The notes under the pieces: model-generated
Databases searched by the model: none
What the model was told of the DNA's origin: nothing
What the model saw: the letters and a program-made list of their open reading frames with translations, nothing else
Assembly: GCA_964276515.1 (NCBI GenBank)
Contig: OZ193909.1
Coordinates: forward strand, 20,212,001 to 20,276,000
Source: Gordius albopunctatus
Taxonomy: Eukaryota
Reading direction: 5' to 3'
DNA length: 64,000 nucleotides
Part shown: in pieces, positions 52,268-64,000 of the stretch
How the letters are laid out: every line of letters begins with the position of its first letter
Position numbering within the stretch: position 1 is the first letter of the stretch
Translations under genes and position numbers: made by a program

Positions 52268-55135
52268 TACGATAGTTACCAGCGTGTTGACGTTATTTAC
52301 ACGCGCGTTGGCGATCAAATTATCGTTAATTGGTTGTAACTTATAAATGCGTTGGTTATATACGCAAGGACACTTTTTGTCGTGTTTTGTATCATCTCCT
52401 AATAGTTTATGTGAATAAATATCAGCCCGTAACAGTGGCGTCGTGGCGATACCTACGCGGAAATGCAGAAATATAAAACAACGGCTAACATCGACGCTTT
52501 CTTAACTCGATTTGAGTTATTCCTTAGGAACAATAAGATGGAGACAGATGAACAAAAGGCCGCGCTATTATTAACCAGCCTCGAGGGGGGTGCATTCCAA
52601 TTAATACTAGAGGATTATAGACCGCAAGAGTTGACAGGAATTACATAAGAAGAAGCAAAAAATCGGTTAAGGAAATTATTCCAGAGAAATTCACGTACGA
52701 GGGCAAAGAGGTACGAATTCTCAAAGGTTCGACAAGGCCAGGGAGAGACAATAGACGCGTACGCTAATAGACTCAAGGCCGGGGCTAATAGCTGCAACTT
52801 CGGAAATGAAGAAGTGCAGAGCAGAATCGTCGACCAATTCATTATAGGATTGCGCGATAGAAGCTTACAGGCGAGACTGTTGGCAGAAAATGACATCAAA
52901 TGGGACCGCCTATGAGAGCTGGCATTAACGGCCGAGACGATAGATGGGGGGCTAAGCACCTTGCAGGACGGGGTCGAAGAGGCGTGGAGCGTAGTGGCGA
53001 GACGAGACGCGTGGCCTGGGCCGGTTCGGATTCTCAGGTTAAACCATACTTTATATGTGTTAACAGTTGATATATATATTAATAATGAATTGTTCCAATT
53101 TATCTTCGATACCAGCGCTACGGTTTCGATATTACCGGCGCGAAGATGGGCGAAGGAGATCCCACGCAACAAAGAGGCCGTCCCGACGGTGTACGCCTAC
53201 GGCCACGGGGAAGTAAAGATCGTAGCCAAGGTACAAGCCGATGTCCGATTGGGTAACACGAGGAAACAGCTGTAATTATTGCTAGCAGACGTAGCGGGGC
53301 CGCCGCTATGCGGGATCAATTGGATACAAGAATTCGAACCCAAAATATGGCGTCAAATACGTTGGAACTCGAGAACAGCGGCGGAACGGTTCGCGGTCAA
53401 TTACGTTGAAAGACCGAAGGATACCAAGTTAGCGATCCAGCACGTGATGAAGCGATGGGAGGGCCAGCGAAACGAATTCCCGCAAGCAGTCAAGGGAATA
53501 ATGGTGGAAGTACCGGTAAAAGAGGACATAGATCCCGTATTTATCCCCGCTCGAAGAGTGCCGATGGCGTGGAGTAAAGAAATAGAAGAAGAGCTGAATA
53601 AATGGGTCAGAGACGGGGTGATAGAACCAATCGATTTCTCAAGATGGACCAGCCCAGTGGTACCCGTGAAAAAAAGCGATGGGTCTCTGCGATTATGTAT
53701 AGACTACCGGTTTACGATAAATAAATACGCACAAGGGTTGCTGTACCCCTTACCCAAAATCGACGATTTGTTAAATAAACTCGATAACGCGTGTTATTTT
53801 ACGAAGCTGGACCTTACGAAAGCGTACTTACAGCTAGAATTAGGACCAGGGACGAGCCAACGGTTGACAATCTCGACTCACAAGGGCTTATCCAAGGTTA
53901 ACCGGATGCCGTTTGGTTTAAATTGTGCCGCGGCTATTTTCCAAAAAACAATAGACCAAATATTAGGAGGCATGGAGGGGGTAGCGGTATACATCGACGA
54001 CATACTAATTGCAGGGGAAACAGAAGAAATTCACAACGAGCGGTTACTCAAAGTACTAGAAACGTTACAAAAGTGGGGGTTCGTGCCAAACATTGCCAAG
54101 AGCAACTTGTGGGCGAAGGAAGTAACCTTTTTCGGATACGTAATAAGTAACAAGGGGATTCAAATCAACGACAATAAAGCCGAGATAGTCAAGCAGTGGA
54201 AAAATTTAACAAACAAAAAAGAAATAAAATCCTTATGGCTCACAATTCAAAGGACAGGATTTACAAAACTTTTGCAAGATGAGAGGGATTAATCAGCGAT
54301 GGACAGCTCCTTACCATCCTGCGTCGAACGGTTTGGCAGAAAGATACGTACGATTAATGAAATAAGCCATCATGAGCAACGAGTCGGAAGTAGGGATAAA
54401 TAGATTTCTGGAAAACTATAGATCGACAAAACACCCCGCAACCAATAAAAGCCCGGCAGAGATGATGTTAAAAAGGCGTATGCGAACCGAATGGGAGGTA
54501 TTAAGGGAAACCGTACCACAACAATGGGTAGAGACCGGGAACCCACGAATGTTCAACGTAGGAGACTTGGTGTGGGTACGCATGTTCCTGGGTCCAAGCA
54601 AATGGGTGGAAGGCACGATAAAGGCCAAACACGGGAGCCGTTCCTACGATGTATGGGCACAGGAAAGAAAGCACCACCGACACCTGGATCAAGTAAGGAA
54701 ACGGAGAATCCTGGATTGGACCACGCTGGGACAAGAGAACGGGTGGCCACAAAGAATATCATCAGAAAGGGAAGAGGGAACAAATGCGCCAAGGGAACAA
54801 ATGCAAAACAGGGTAACAAGTGCGACAAGGGAACAAAGCCAAAACCAGACAGGAACGCCTAGGGAAGAACCGAGATACCCACAACGTAGCCGGAAACCGC
54901 CAGCATTCCTTAAGGATTTTGTCTGTAAAAAGGAGGGAACTGTAGAGAGGTAAAGTGCCTCCAGGGATACGATAGTTACCAGCGTGTTGACGTTATTTAC
55001 ACGCGCGTTGGCGATCAAATTATCGTTAATTGGTTGTAACTTATAAATGCGTTGGTTATATACGCAAGGACACTTTTTGTCGTGTTTTGTATCACTCTCC
55101 TAATAGTTTATGTGAATAAATATCAGCCCGTAACA
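52268..55135 (+). mobile_element. Second Gypsy family element, internally deleted
   Basis: 5'-truncated LTR 52268-52434; PBS TGGCGTCGTGG; gag with stops; FDTSA protease; RT with YIDD; RNase H and most of the integrase missing after ~54235; PPT; full 3' LTR 54941-55135. Confidence 0.92.
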
Positions 55136-55303
55136 TTATACATGTTTATCAAATGTTAAAACATAAAGGGAGCTTACTAAGTGTTAAACAATTTGGGTTA
55201 CAGTTTAAAACAATAATATTTGAACCAATTTTAAAAAGTACAATGAAATAATCAAATCACTTTTATAAATAAATTAAAATTACGATTGGGCTATTATATT
55301 TAA

Positions 55304-55861
55304 CCCTCGAGAGTATTCCGCAAAATCCCGAACGCGAGAGTATTCGTGGGGTATAACTCTACCCCACTTCTTATAACTTTTAAAGTATTCCTTTAAAATT
55401 TTAAACATATGTTTATTAAGGTGTTAAGATTGATGGTATAAATCTAATCAATATTACAAAACTTATTAACAATTTTCTGCACCCTCATTTTTTTGTTTAT
55501 TTTAGAGCTTCCCCTCATTTTACCTCTTGACATCATATACCTTAAAATAAATCAAAATAAACGTGATTTTTTATTAAAAGAATGTTCAAAATGTATTAAA
55601 AACACAAATGTGTAAATATATCATCAAACGAAAAAAAAACTTACGTGAGAGCATTCTTGGGGTACACAGGACCCCTGTGGCCAAAAAGATGCTATATTTT
55701 AAAAAGTAGTGGGCCAAAAGTTATAAAATGTTCCTCAAATTTATTTCTTGGTAAAATATTAGGTTACTGAAAAGGCAAGATCAATTCGCTTTTAAACGCG
55801 TTTTATATTTAAGTTTATAACTGTTGCGGGGTCCGTGGTACCCCACAAATGCTCTCGAGGG
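55304..55861. mobile_element. piggyBac-type MITE
   Basis: TTAA|CCCTCGAGAG...CTCTCGAGGG|TTAA. Confidence 0.88.
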
Positions 55862-56011
55862 TTAATAAGAATTTCAAAAGTGCAAGATTAAAATTTACAG
55901 GGTATGTGTTATATTGTTATTATGCCTTTATGCAATAACATAAGTCTGTTTATTCTCAGATTTAATTGGTATACAGCAAAAGTAAAAAGTTATTATGCAA
56001 TACAAATTTAA

Positions 56012-56342
56012 CCCTTTAAGGTGAGATCAGTTTATTAAAAGAATGTTCAAAATATATTAAAAACACAAATTGTAAAAGATATCATCAAACAAAAAAAATA
56101 CATACATTTTCTCCAACAGAAAAAAACTTATGTGAGAGCATTTGTGGGGTATAATAATCATACCCCACGAGTCTATATCTTGAAAAGTATTAGGCCAAAA
56201 CCTATGAAATTTTCACCTAACCTAGTTCTTGATAAAATATTAAGGTACTGAAAAGACCAAATTCATTAGACTTAAATTCGTTTTATATTTTAATTTATAA
56301 TTTGCGTGGGGTATAGAAATACCCCACAAATACTCTCGAGGG
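56012..56342. mobile_element. Partial piggyBac-type MITE
   Basis: Similar to 55570-55861; ends CTCTCGAGGG|TTAA; a TTAA|CCC lies at the left. Confidence 0.7.
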
Positions 56343-56564
56343 TTAATGTATATTAATTGTAACAAAAAGAACAATTTCTTTTTATAACATAAACAAACAC
56401 CAAATTTTTTTAAAATAAATCTTATTCTTGACTAACAAAATTTAAAGAGTAAAAACAAGTCAAATAATATATAACATGTAATGACAAATAATTATATTTT
56501 TACAATAAATAAGTTTCCATCAAAACAATTTTTCTACAATTATACATTTAATAAAAATAATAAA

Positions 56565-57734
56565 TTAATGACGCTTCATTTTTATAAGTATTTCTAAACA
56601 TTCTTGTAGATTAGAAATGGCAGTGGTAATATCTTCATATTGTAGGGCACTATGGGCAAATTTGCATAACCTTTCAGCATTGGAAAATGCATTGGGGTCA
56701 ATAATGTAAGCTAAAAAACATATATATTTTATCACCATCCAAAATATTATAAATAAAATAAAAACAAAATTAACTTACCCATATCAGGAGATAACTTTAA
56801 ATTTGAATTACTACTTGAATCAGAGTTAACTTTTTCATTTTGTTTTATTTGTGGGTTTATCCTATCTTCAGGTGGCACATTATTTGGTTTATTAGGTTTA
56901 AATGAATTAAGAAAATTTTGATTTATATTTGATAAGTTATCAGAAGTAATATTTTCATTCAATGTGTTGGAATGTGTTTCTGGACCAGCAGGATCATGAT
57001 CTTGTTGAGTTAAATCTAAGAAAATATTTTCAATAAGAAATTTAATAATTCAAACCTGAATCAATTGGACCAGATGTTGGTGTAATGCCCTTTTTCTGAC
57101 AATCATTAATATAAGTAGCTTTCCATTTAGCATACTTTTTTTGTTGCTCAATCTATAAATTTAAAAAAAGGCGAATAAAATATTATTTCAAAAATACAAG
57201 AAAAATTATAGAATTTAAAATAAAGTACCTCATCAGAAAGTGGACCAAATAATTTTAATACATCAAATAGTATGCTGGCTGTAAAAAAAGCTTTAATAAC
57301 ATTCCTTTAAATACAAAAATTTAGGGAAAATTTGGTATAAACTACTTGCCAAAATTTCCTTTTCTGTCTTCACTATCAGCAAATACAAAAAGTTTTAATG
57401 CTTGAGATTCAACATATGCTTGTCCCACAATATCATTTCCAATAGCCTCATTTCCTTTTAATTGCACTTTCATCTAGTATTTTAGTTTAATTAAGCAATA
57501 AAATATTTTGCTTTTTCTAAGGTATCCATAAGAGTTGTGAGATAACTTAAACATCCCTTGTCTGACTTGTTTATTTTAATCCCTTCTTGCAAAGCATGTA
57601 AGCGACCTAAGACAAAATATATATATTTGGAAATTATATATACAATAGTAGGCAATGATTGGGTCTCTTGTGTTATATTCATCAGCAATTTTCAGATATA
57701 TGTTGATGGGTTTTAAAGGCTGTGGAAGATCCAT
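56565..57734 (-). CDS. VTA1: Vacuolar protein sorting-associated protein VTA1
   Basis: Seven exons: 57734-57644, 57606-57512, 57473-57346, 57304-57229, 57152-57056, 57015-56779, 56710-56565. Motifs RDPIIAYYCRLHA, ALKLFVFADSEDR, KYAKWKATYI, CKFAHSALQYEDITTAISNL. Confidence 0.95.
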
Positions 57735-57949
57735 TGATCAGCTAGATTTAGGTCAAAATGTAAAAAATATTCGACCATCAGGATGCTCGTCTCAATTCGT
57801 TAACACAAACCTGATCGCATTATCTCATCCTAATATGCCAAGCATAGAATTGAGGGTGTCTTATTATTAATTACAAATGAATCAATAACTCTAAGCCTAG
57901 CGTTATATTTAACTTTTACAATTAATTTTATAGTAATGGATGATTTAAC

Positions 57950-58107
57950 GGTAGGCATAGCCAGGGGGGAGCAAGAAGGGACAACTTTTCCCCTCTAAAA
58001 ATATAAATTATCTAAAATTTTATTTCTAGAATTTCAAAAAATTGCCATTTTGTCTTTCTTTAAATTAAAATTGTCCCCCTCTAGCTCCGATCCAAGGTAC
58101 GCCCATG
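57950..58107. mobile_element. Short hAT-type MITE upstream of VTA1
   Basis: Degenerate TIRs (..taggcatagcc / ggtacgcccatg); TSD gatttaac/tatttaac. Confidence 0.6.
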
Positions 58108-58209
58108 TATTTAACAATTCAATAAGTGGTAAATTAAATTTGTAGTATGGAGGCACTTATATTAAATATAGAGTAATATTATAAAGCTTATGACAACAAT
58201 TAGAATTAG

Positions 58210-58705
58210 TAGCTTAAGGCACCCCATACACTGCCCATATCACACGAAAATCAATTTACTCACTCAGGCTGCCCTTAAAAGGCTAGCGTTCCATCGGTCC
58301 CAGAGCCTTCTGACCCTTCATTGGAAGTAGTAATGCGACCTGACGACTCAACTCCCATCCCCTGACAAAATAGTATACCCCTTTAATGGAATTTCATCTA
58401 TAGACATTTTTGCCCCCTCAAACTTAAATTATAAAACTCTAACTCAAGCAGAGAACCACAAGACTACCAAACACCAGCCTTTCTCTAAGGAATATTTTCA
58501 CCCCGTTGTCGCCTCCTGCTCAGGGACTTTTGGGCCAAGCGCAATCAACTGTTTTAAAGAAATCGGCAGACGTTGCCCAATTTCCAAGTATTCTCCTAAC
58601 TTTTTACTTAAAAATTGGCATCCTTATCACGTAATACAATTTCAAATCCCTGGCCGATAGCTGGCCACTTCTAGAGGATCAAACCTGTGATGCCATCGAG
58701 CTCTA
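58210..58705 (+). mobile_element. Degenerate CRE-like RLE endonuclease 3' fragment
   Basis: MRPDDSTPIP and FSPVVASCSGTFGPSAINCFKEIGRR, similar to 8514-8882. Confidence 0.7.
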
Positions 58706-59522
58706 ATTTATATACATATATATTTATTTCTTTTCTCCCCCTATTTTTCAAAACTTCATTTTAAGCTATTAAAGCATTAGATTATCCATTATAATACATA
58801 ATTATGCAAATAACTTATGTTTATGACAATTGTATTGACTCATAATATATATTGTGTTTATTTTGATAATGTTTATAACTTCTAATAAGTCAATCGAATT
58901 AAAAAAAGTTATTAAGGTATACAGTTGCATACATTGTCATACCAACTAAAAATATATGTTAAACTTGACAAAAGTTCCGTGGTCGACCAAACATAAATGA
59001 TTTGTTAGTCGACTTAATATAAACAAACCAAAGAACCTATGGTCTGTTTTTGTTTTGTTGAGTAAAACCAAAGGTCTATCAAACAAAGTCCAGCCGTTTT
59101 TACAGCTAGACCCCCCATTATTTAAAGGGTTAAATAAATCTACGATAAACTAATTAAACAGAATGGCTTAAATTTTAATTCCGTTTTTGTGTTATTCCCG
59201 CCACCTGACTTCTATTCTAACCTACTTTTACTTTAGTTAATTTCTATTTTATTCCTACCCTATTTTGATATCTATTTTACGCGCATCTATCTCGTTATGT
59301 ATATTTTATTATCCTCGATATGTTTAATTACTCACCGCATTGCTTTGTTCTGATGCATCGTGGGATAGACGATGCTGAGCGATGAAAATATCGAGGAAGA
59401 GAAAAACATCTGCACACCCTCGTTAGAAAGCTATTTTTATTATTGTATCGGAAAACACGATATTTATTTAAAAGCGCTTAGCTGGATATGGTTTAAAGGT
59501 CAACGATCAAAAAACGGTATAA

Positions 59523-60186
59523 ATGGAAATGAACGGTACAGGCACCCCATCGCTGGATGACCATCTGAAGTACCCAAAAGTAGACAGGTTTACATATCTC
59601 GGCTCGATGCTCCATCAAGAGGGAGGTTGCGCAACGGAAGTCAATGCCCGGATCCAAAAAGGATGGCGTAAATGGCGAAGTATATCCGATGTAATATGCG
59701 ACAAGAAAATGCCAAAATGGTTGAAAAGCAAAGCTTACAAATCCATCATAAGACCGGTGTTACTCTATGGAAGTGAAACATGGGCATTAAACACCACGGA
59801 AGGAAAGCTATTACAAGCCGCAGAGATGAGAATGATACGGTGGAGTTTGGGGTATACTAAGCTTGACCATATGACGAATGACTTTCTCATGACAAAAATG
59901 GGTATTCAACCTATGGCGGACATGATTAACGAAAATCGGTCAAGGTGGTATGGGCATATACTAAGAAGGGACACGGATGACGTAAATAGAAAAGTACTGG
60001 ACATGGAGATACCGGGGAAGAGAGGAAGAGGACGACCCAGTGTCACGTGGAAAGGGCAAGTCGATAAAGTTATGAAAACTAAAGAGATTAGTCAAGACAT
60101 GGCACTCACCCGGTCAAGATGGAAAAAACTTATCAAAACAAACACCACGAATGTGGGACCAAATAACTGATAAAGAAGAAGAAGAA
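59523..60186 (+). mobile_element. 5'-truncated RTE LINE with (GAA)n tail
   Basis: FTYLGS, RPVLLYGSETW, RWYGHILRR, GKRGRGRP; tail taaagaagaagaagaa. Confidence 0.88.
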
Positions 60187-60290
60187 AAGGTACTATAAAA
60201 TTATAATTTAATTTAAATAATGCTCTTAATTCCGCATTACTATCTCCGTCAGCGCATATAATTATGCACAAATTAAAATAACACAATTAA

Positions 60291-61420
60291 TCTTATATAT
60301 AAAAATGAAACTATGTATGTGTGTATGTATGCCGCCACAAATTTTGGAGAACTATTAGACCGATTTGGCTCAAAATTTCACAGTTTATTCCCCACATTCC
60401 GGAGCATGTTTCCAAATCGGTCTAGTAGTTTTTGAGTTAGTTTGTTTTATATGTTTTCCGTTTAATAAAACGTCAATCAAACGCAACCTCATGACGTACT
60501 GCCTATCTAAATGAAACTATGTGTGTGTGTGCATGCGAGTAGGTAGTGTTTTAGTGTGATAAATGTAGGCATGTGCTGCGGAAAATGGAAACTTTTTACG
60601 ATTTGAAACATTAAATCAAAGCATGGGCGTACGCAGGTTTTGAATTAGGGGGGGGGGCAGATTAAAAAAAAAATTATTCTCGACTATCCAAATATTTTCC
60701 TGAGACCAAAAAAAATAAAAAAGGTCTTCAACAACTAAATTCCTAAATTTTTCCTGAGAGCCGCAGGGGTAGCCGCCCTCCCCTGACTAATTAGGGGGGG
60801 GGCAGCCGCCCTTTCTGCCCTTCCCTGGCTAATTAGGGGGGGGGGGGGCAAAAAATAATTTTTAAGGGTTTTTGTATTGAAAAATTATTTTTTTTAAATT
60901 AGGGGGGGGAGGGGTACGCCCATGAATCAAATTCATTTTTTTGCTTATTTTTCACGTCAATTATTATTATTATAGGACGGTCGTGTCTCCTCCTGCGTGG
61001 CTAAATAAATTAAAAATCTAATTTTGTCATTTTTTGCGCGTAAAATAAGGAGAAAAATGCAAATACAATTAACAAAGTGCCAATAAATGTTGATATATCT
61101 CAGTTCTTCGGACATTATTAAGTTCAGAATTAAAAGTTTTATTCAGAAACAAATAATTATGATATTGTTTCTTAATTACAAAAAAAATATATAAAATTGC
61201 TTGAAGGGCCAGGGGGCTAAAGATTTTTCCCTTGGGGGCGGGGCAGGTTTTCTCTCTTGGGTGGGCCTGGGCCTTGGACCCTCTTTAACTATTTGTTTAA
61301 AAATTATCAAACTTTATTTTTACTTCAATAACCGCTTTATCATCATATATGCCCTAAAATTCCAACATAATTTAATACACCCGGGTAAATGGCAAAACAA
61401 CGTTTGCCGGGTTCATCTAG
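60291..61420 (+). mobile_element. Non-autonomous Helitron
   Basis: A|TCTTATATATAAAAATG start; 3' hairpin ggcaaaacaacgtttgcc then CTAG. The same 3' end occurs inverted at 44779-44818. Confidence 0.75.
60622..60924. mobile_element. hAT-type MITE nested in the Helitron
   Basis: TIR CATGGGCGTAC/GTACGCCCATG; TSD aatcaaag/aatcaaat. Confidence 0.85.
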
Positions 61421-62029
61421 CATATATATAAATATAACTTGTGTTTCTTTATACTCGAAGATCTTTGAAATTTATCGACTAGTTGCTTTGCAAACATGAA
61501 AAAAAATTGCCTTCTCTTTATAGATGATAAATACAACAAAATCGTATAAGTGATAATCGGATAGATGGTAATGTTTCTAAGTGATAATTTACCGCGACAT
61601 TTTGAGCATGCAAACTAATATTTGCGCTTAATTTATTTATAAATGTTATTGAAATAAATATAAATTACACGGTTTAACAAGAAAAATTAACCTGAAAACT
61701 GTTTGCAGATTTTTGTAAAGTTTTTCTCGGTGAATATGAATATATTTTTAGCTTTTTCTTAATAAGTCATTTTTGAAATATTTGCTGTCAATGTTTATAA
61801 ACAGCCATTTTGGCGTTTTTCAAATGTTAGTAACTTCCAAATTCGTTTAAGTTATAGTTTAATAGATTTTACTTATGAATAAAGGGGAAAGGAATCCACT
61901 TAATCCTTGGTAATTTAATAAACATAGAATATAAATATAAATAAGAACCTTTGTTTATACTTTATAAAACACAAAAAAATCTAATTGATTTTGTAAAGGA
62001 CTTCTAGCGAGACTTACATATATCTAGAC

Positions 62030-62450
62030 CGTACCCAAACCCGTTGAGTTATTTTACGGCTCGAGGTAGGGCCCGTTGTTTTAATTTAAAGCAAGGCTTA
62101 GTTTTTAGGTCTGTCCACGGGCTAGTTTATATCATTCTTCCTGCTAACCCATCCGTTTTTGGGTCGTTGGGGGTCGATTTAATGTGTTTAATATTTTTCG
62201 GATAAAAAAATTTTTCGAATTCTGCAACAATGAATTGGGGACTGTTATCTAAAACTATCTAGGTTAATATGTCAAAACGGCAAGATTAATTCCATAACTG
62301 TCTTATCAGTTGTGGTAAAGTCGCAATGTTCATTGTTGCAACTTCAACCCCTTTTGTTATAGCATCAATTTGAACTAATAGATCAATGCCTTCGATCGGA
62401 ACACTAATATCTATATGATCTCTCTCCCAAATCTGTTATATCCCAATAAT
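62030..62450 (-). mobile_element. Highly degenerate Gypsy integrase
   Basis: Minus-strand translation HIDISVP..LVQIDAITKGVEV..IVLDNSPQF..EFEKF..IKHIKSTPNDPKTDGLA, with stops. Confidence 0.7.
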
Positions 62451-63489
62451 TGAAAGGAACCTCTTTTTCGGCCAGACGGATCTCTTGACACCCATCTAAT
62501 ATTTTTACATAAATATCTATGTCGTGATCCATCCCTAGCTACCAAACATATTATCTAGATGGTGACTGTGTATTTACTAGAGAAGAACCTGAGTCCGATC
62601 ATCTCGACATACTGTTCCTTTTGATAACTATAAGAGAACTTGATGCCCAAAGATCTGATTGCTATGATTTACATTAAAATATTTAGGAAGCAAAACCTGC
62701 TTACCAGAACATTAATGGATGGATAGATTAGGGTTTTCAAGGAGACGTGAATTCAAGCTCTAAATGTAAATTGGAAACGTGAGAAGCTTGTGTTTAAACC
62801 ATCCACACTTTTGGGCGTTCAATCTTCATTTAAAGACTCTATGGTATAGCTGACGATACAAGCTAGTAAAATGTGTTTGATATTATAAGGACTTGATTGC
62901 ATAGTCATCCACTTTTCTTTGCTTAAATAGTTTTTTTTTATATTTTATATATCTTATGCATCATTTTTGGCTAATATAATTTAAAAAAATTGGAAAAATC
63001 TATGTCATTATTTTACATTATTTGTTTTTATGAGATAGCGTTGCCACAAAAAGTGCATCGTTTACCAACTAAAATACCTATTTAAAGGACATTCTTCAGT
63101 GAAGATCAGATGTAAAAATGAAATTATTTCAAGGAAAAATTATATGTCTGCAAGTGAGCCTTTAAAACTTGTAAAGTCTTTATAACAAACCTATTTACAC
63201 CACCCATTAGTTTTATTGATGTTGGTTTTTCCTCCAAAAAACTTCTTAGTGAAAAGCATAACAGTTTCATTCGGTGGCTTCAGTTATCACAAAGGCATTA
63301 TTCACAATTGATTATCATATAGTGTGCTACAGAAAACAACGGACCGCCTAAAGCCTATAAGTCATATATATTTCATAGAATGGGATGGGATATAGAGAAA
63401 TTGAAAAGATGGACAGATGTGTTTAGGCGTTATGGGTCTTATTAAATTGTATAAAATTAGGCATTGAAAGAAATTTATGCGTTTCAGCT

Positions 63490-64000
63490 ATGTTGCGTCC
63501 ATTGTCTTAATTGATTTGGAACTTAATTGACACATTTACATTAACTTACTACTTCGCGACGTTAATTGACCAATCAAGCATACCTCGCGGATTCACCAGT
63601 AAATGTAATTATTTGTTCATACCTCGCGGAGGCACCACTAAACTTAATTGCTTTATTCAAGTAATTCACGGGTATATAAAGGAGTTTAAAACACTTCTTA
63701 CTCACTTACTTTTCTCGCAAACGATTTACTTTAATTGGATATACAATAAAGTAATTATTACTTTATCCTTCTGGTATTTACTTCCCGAAAGTGGTGACCC
63801 ACCATTGTTATACGCCCCCTTCTACCCTACCCTTACCCAACCCTTGTTATACGCAAACTTGTAAATGGATACCAACCAAGTTGATGAAGTCCAAATTAAA
63901 TCGGAAAACTCTATGTTTTCAAATTGCCTCCCTTCAATCGTATAAATCCCCGCTTATGGTTTGTCCAGATAGAGGCCCTTTTCACAATTCAACGAATAAC
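63490..64000 (+). mobile_element. 5' end of a Gypsy element (LTR, PBS, gag start) running off the window
   Basis: TGGTGACCC PBS at 63792, then frameshifted LPPFNRINP/RLWFVQIEALF, similar to the gag at 45011. Confidence 0.65.

Noticed and set aside
52615..55018. Antisense and alternate-frame ORFs over Gypsy elements (also 47924-48331, 49760-50125, 39512-39895)
   Set aside because: Shadows of TE coding sequence with no independent evidence.
57781..57860. Imperfect stem upstream of VTA1
   Set aside because: Short, relies on G-U pairs, no recognisable motif.

Overview
AT-rich eukaryotic (probably invertebrate) DNA with very short spliceosomal introns (35-45 nt and 57-82 nt classes), mostly made of nested transposable elements. 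Two conserved genes can be reconstructed exon by exon on the minus strand: NARFL/CIAO3 (28640-31405) and VTA1 (56565-57734, with a GC-AG micro-intron). A lineage-specific BTB-BACK-PHR-like gene family has one apparently intact copy (10308-12380) and three disrupted copies. Mobile elements include Gypsy LTR elements with LTR/PBS/PPT/TSD, hAT elements and MITEs, nested MULEs, Helitrons, a long-TIR element, piggyBac-type MITEs, and CRE-like and RTE LINE fragments. The most unusual signals are two independent tandem repeats whose units are each an intron plus a frame-preserving micro-exon. One is a 117-bp array in the BTB gene with near-identical 75-nt introns and highly divergent, stop-free 42-nt exons. 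The other is a 143-bp array of 78-nt exons at the N-terminus of an apparently intact FLYWCH-MULE transposase. All splice models are inferred from sequence only.
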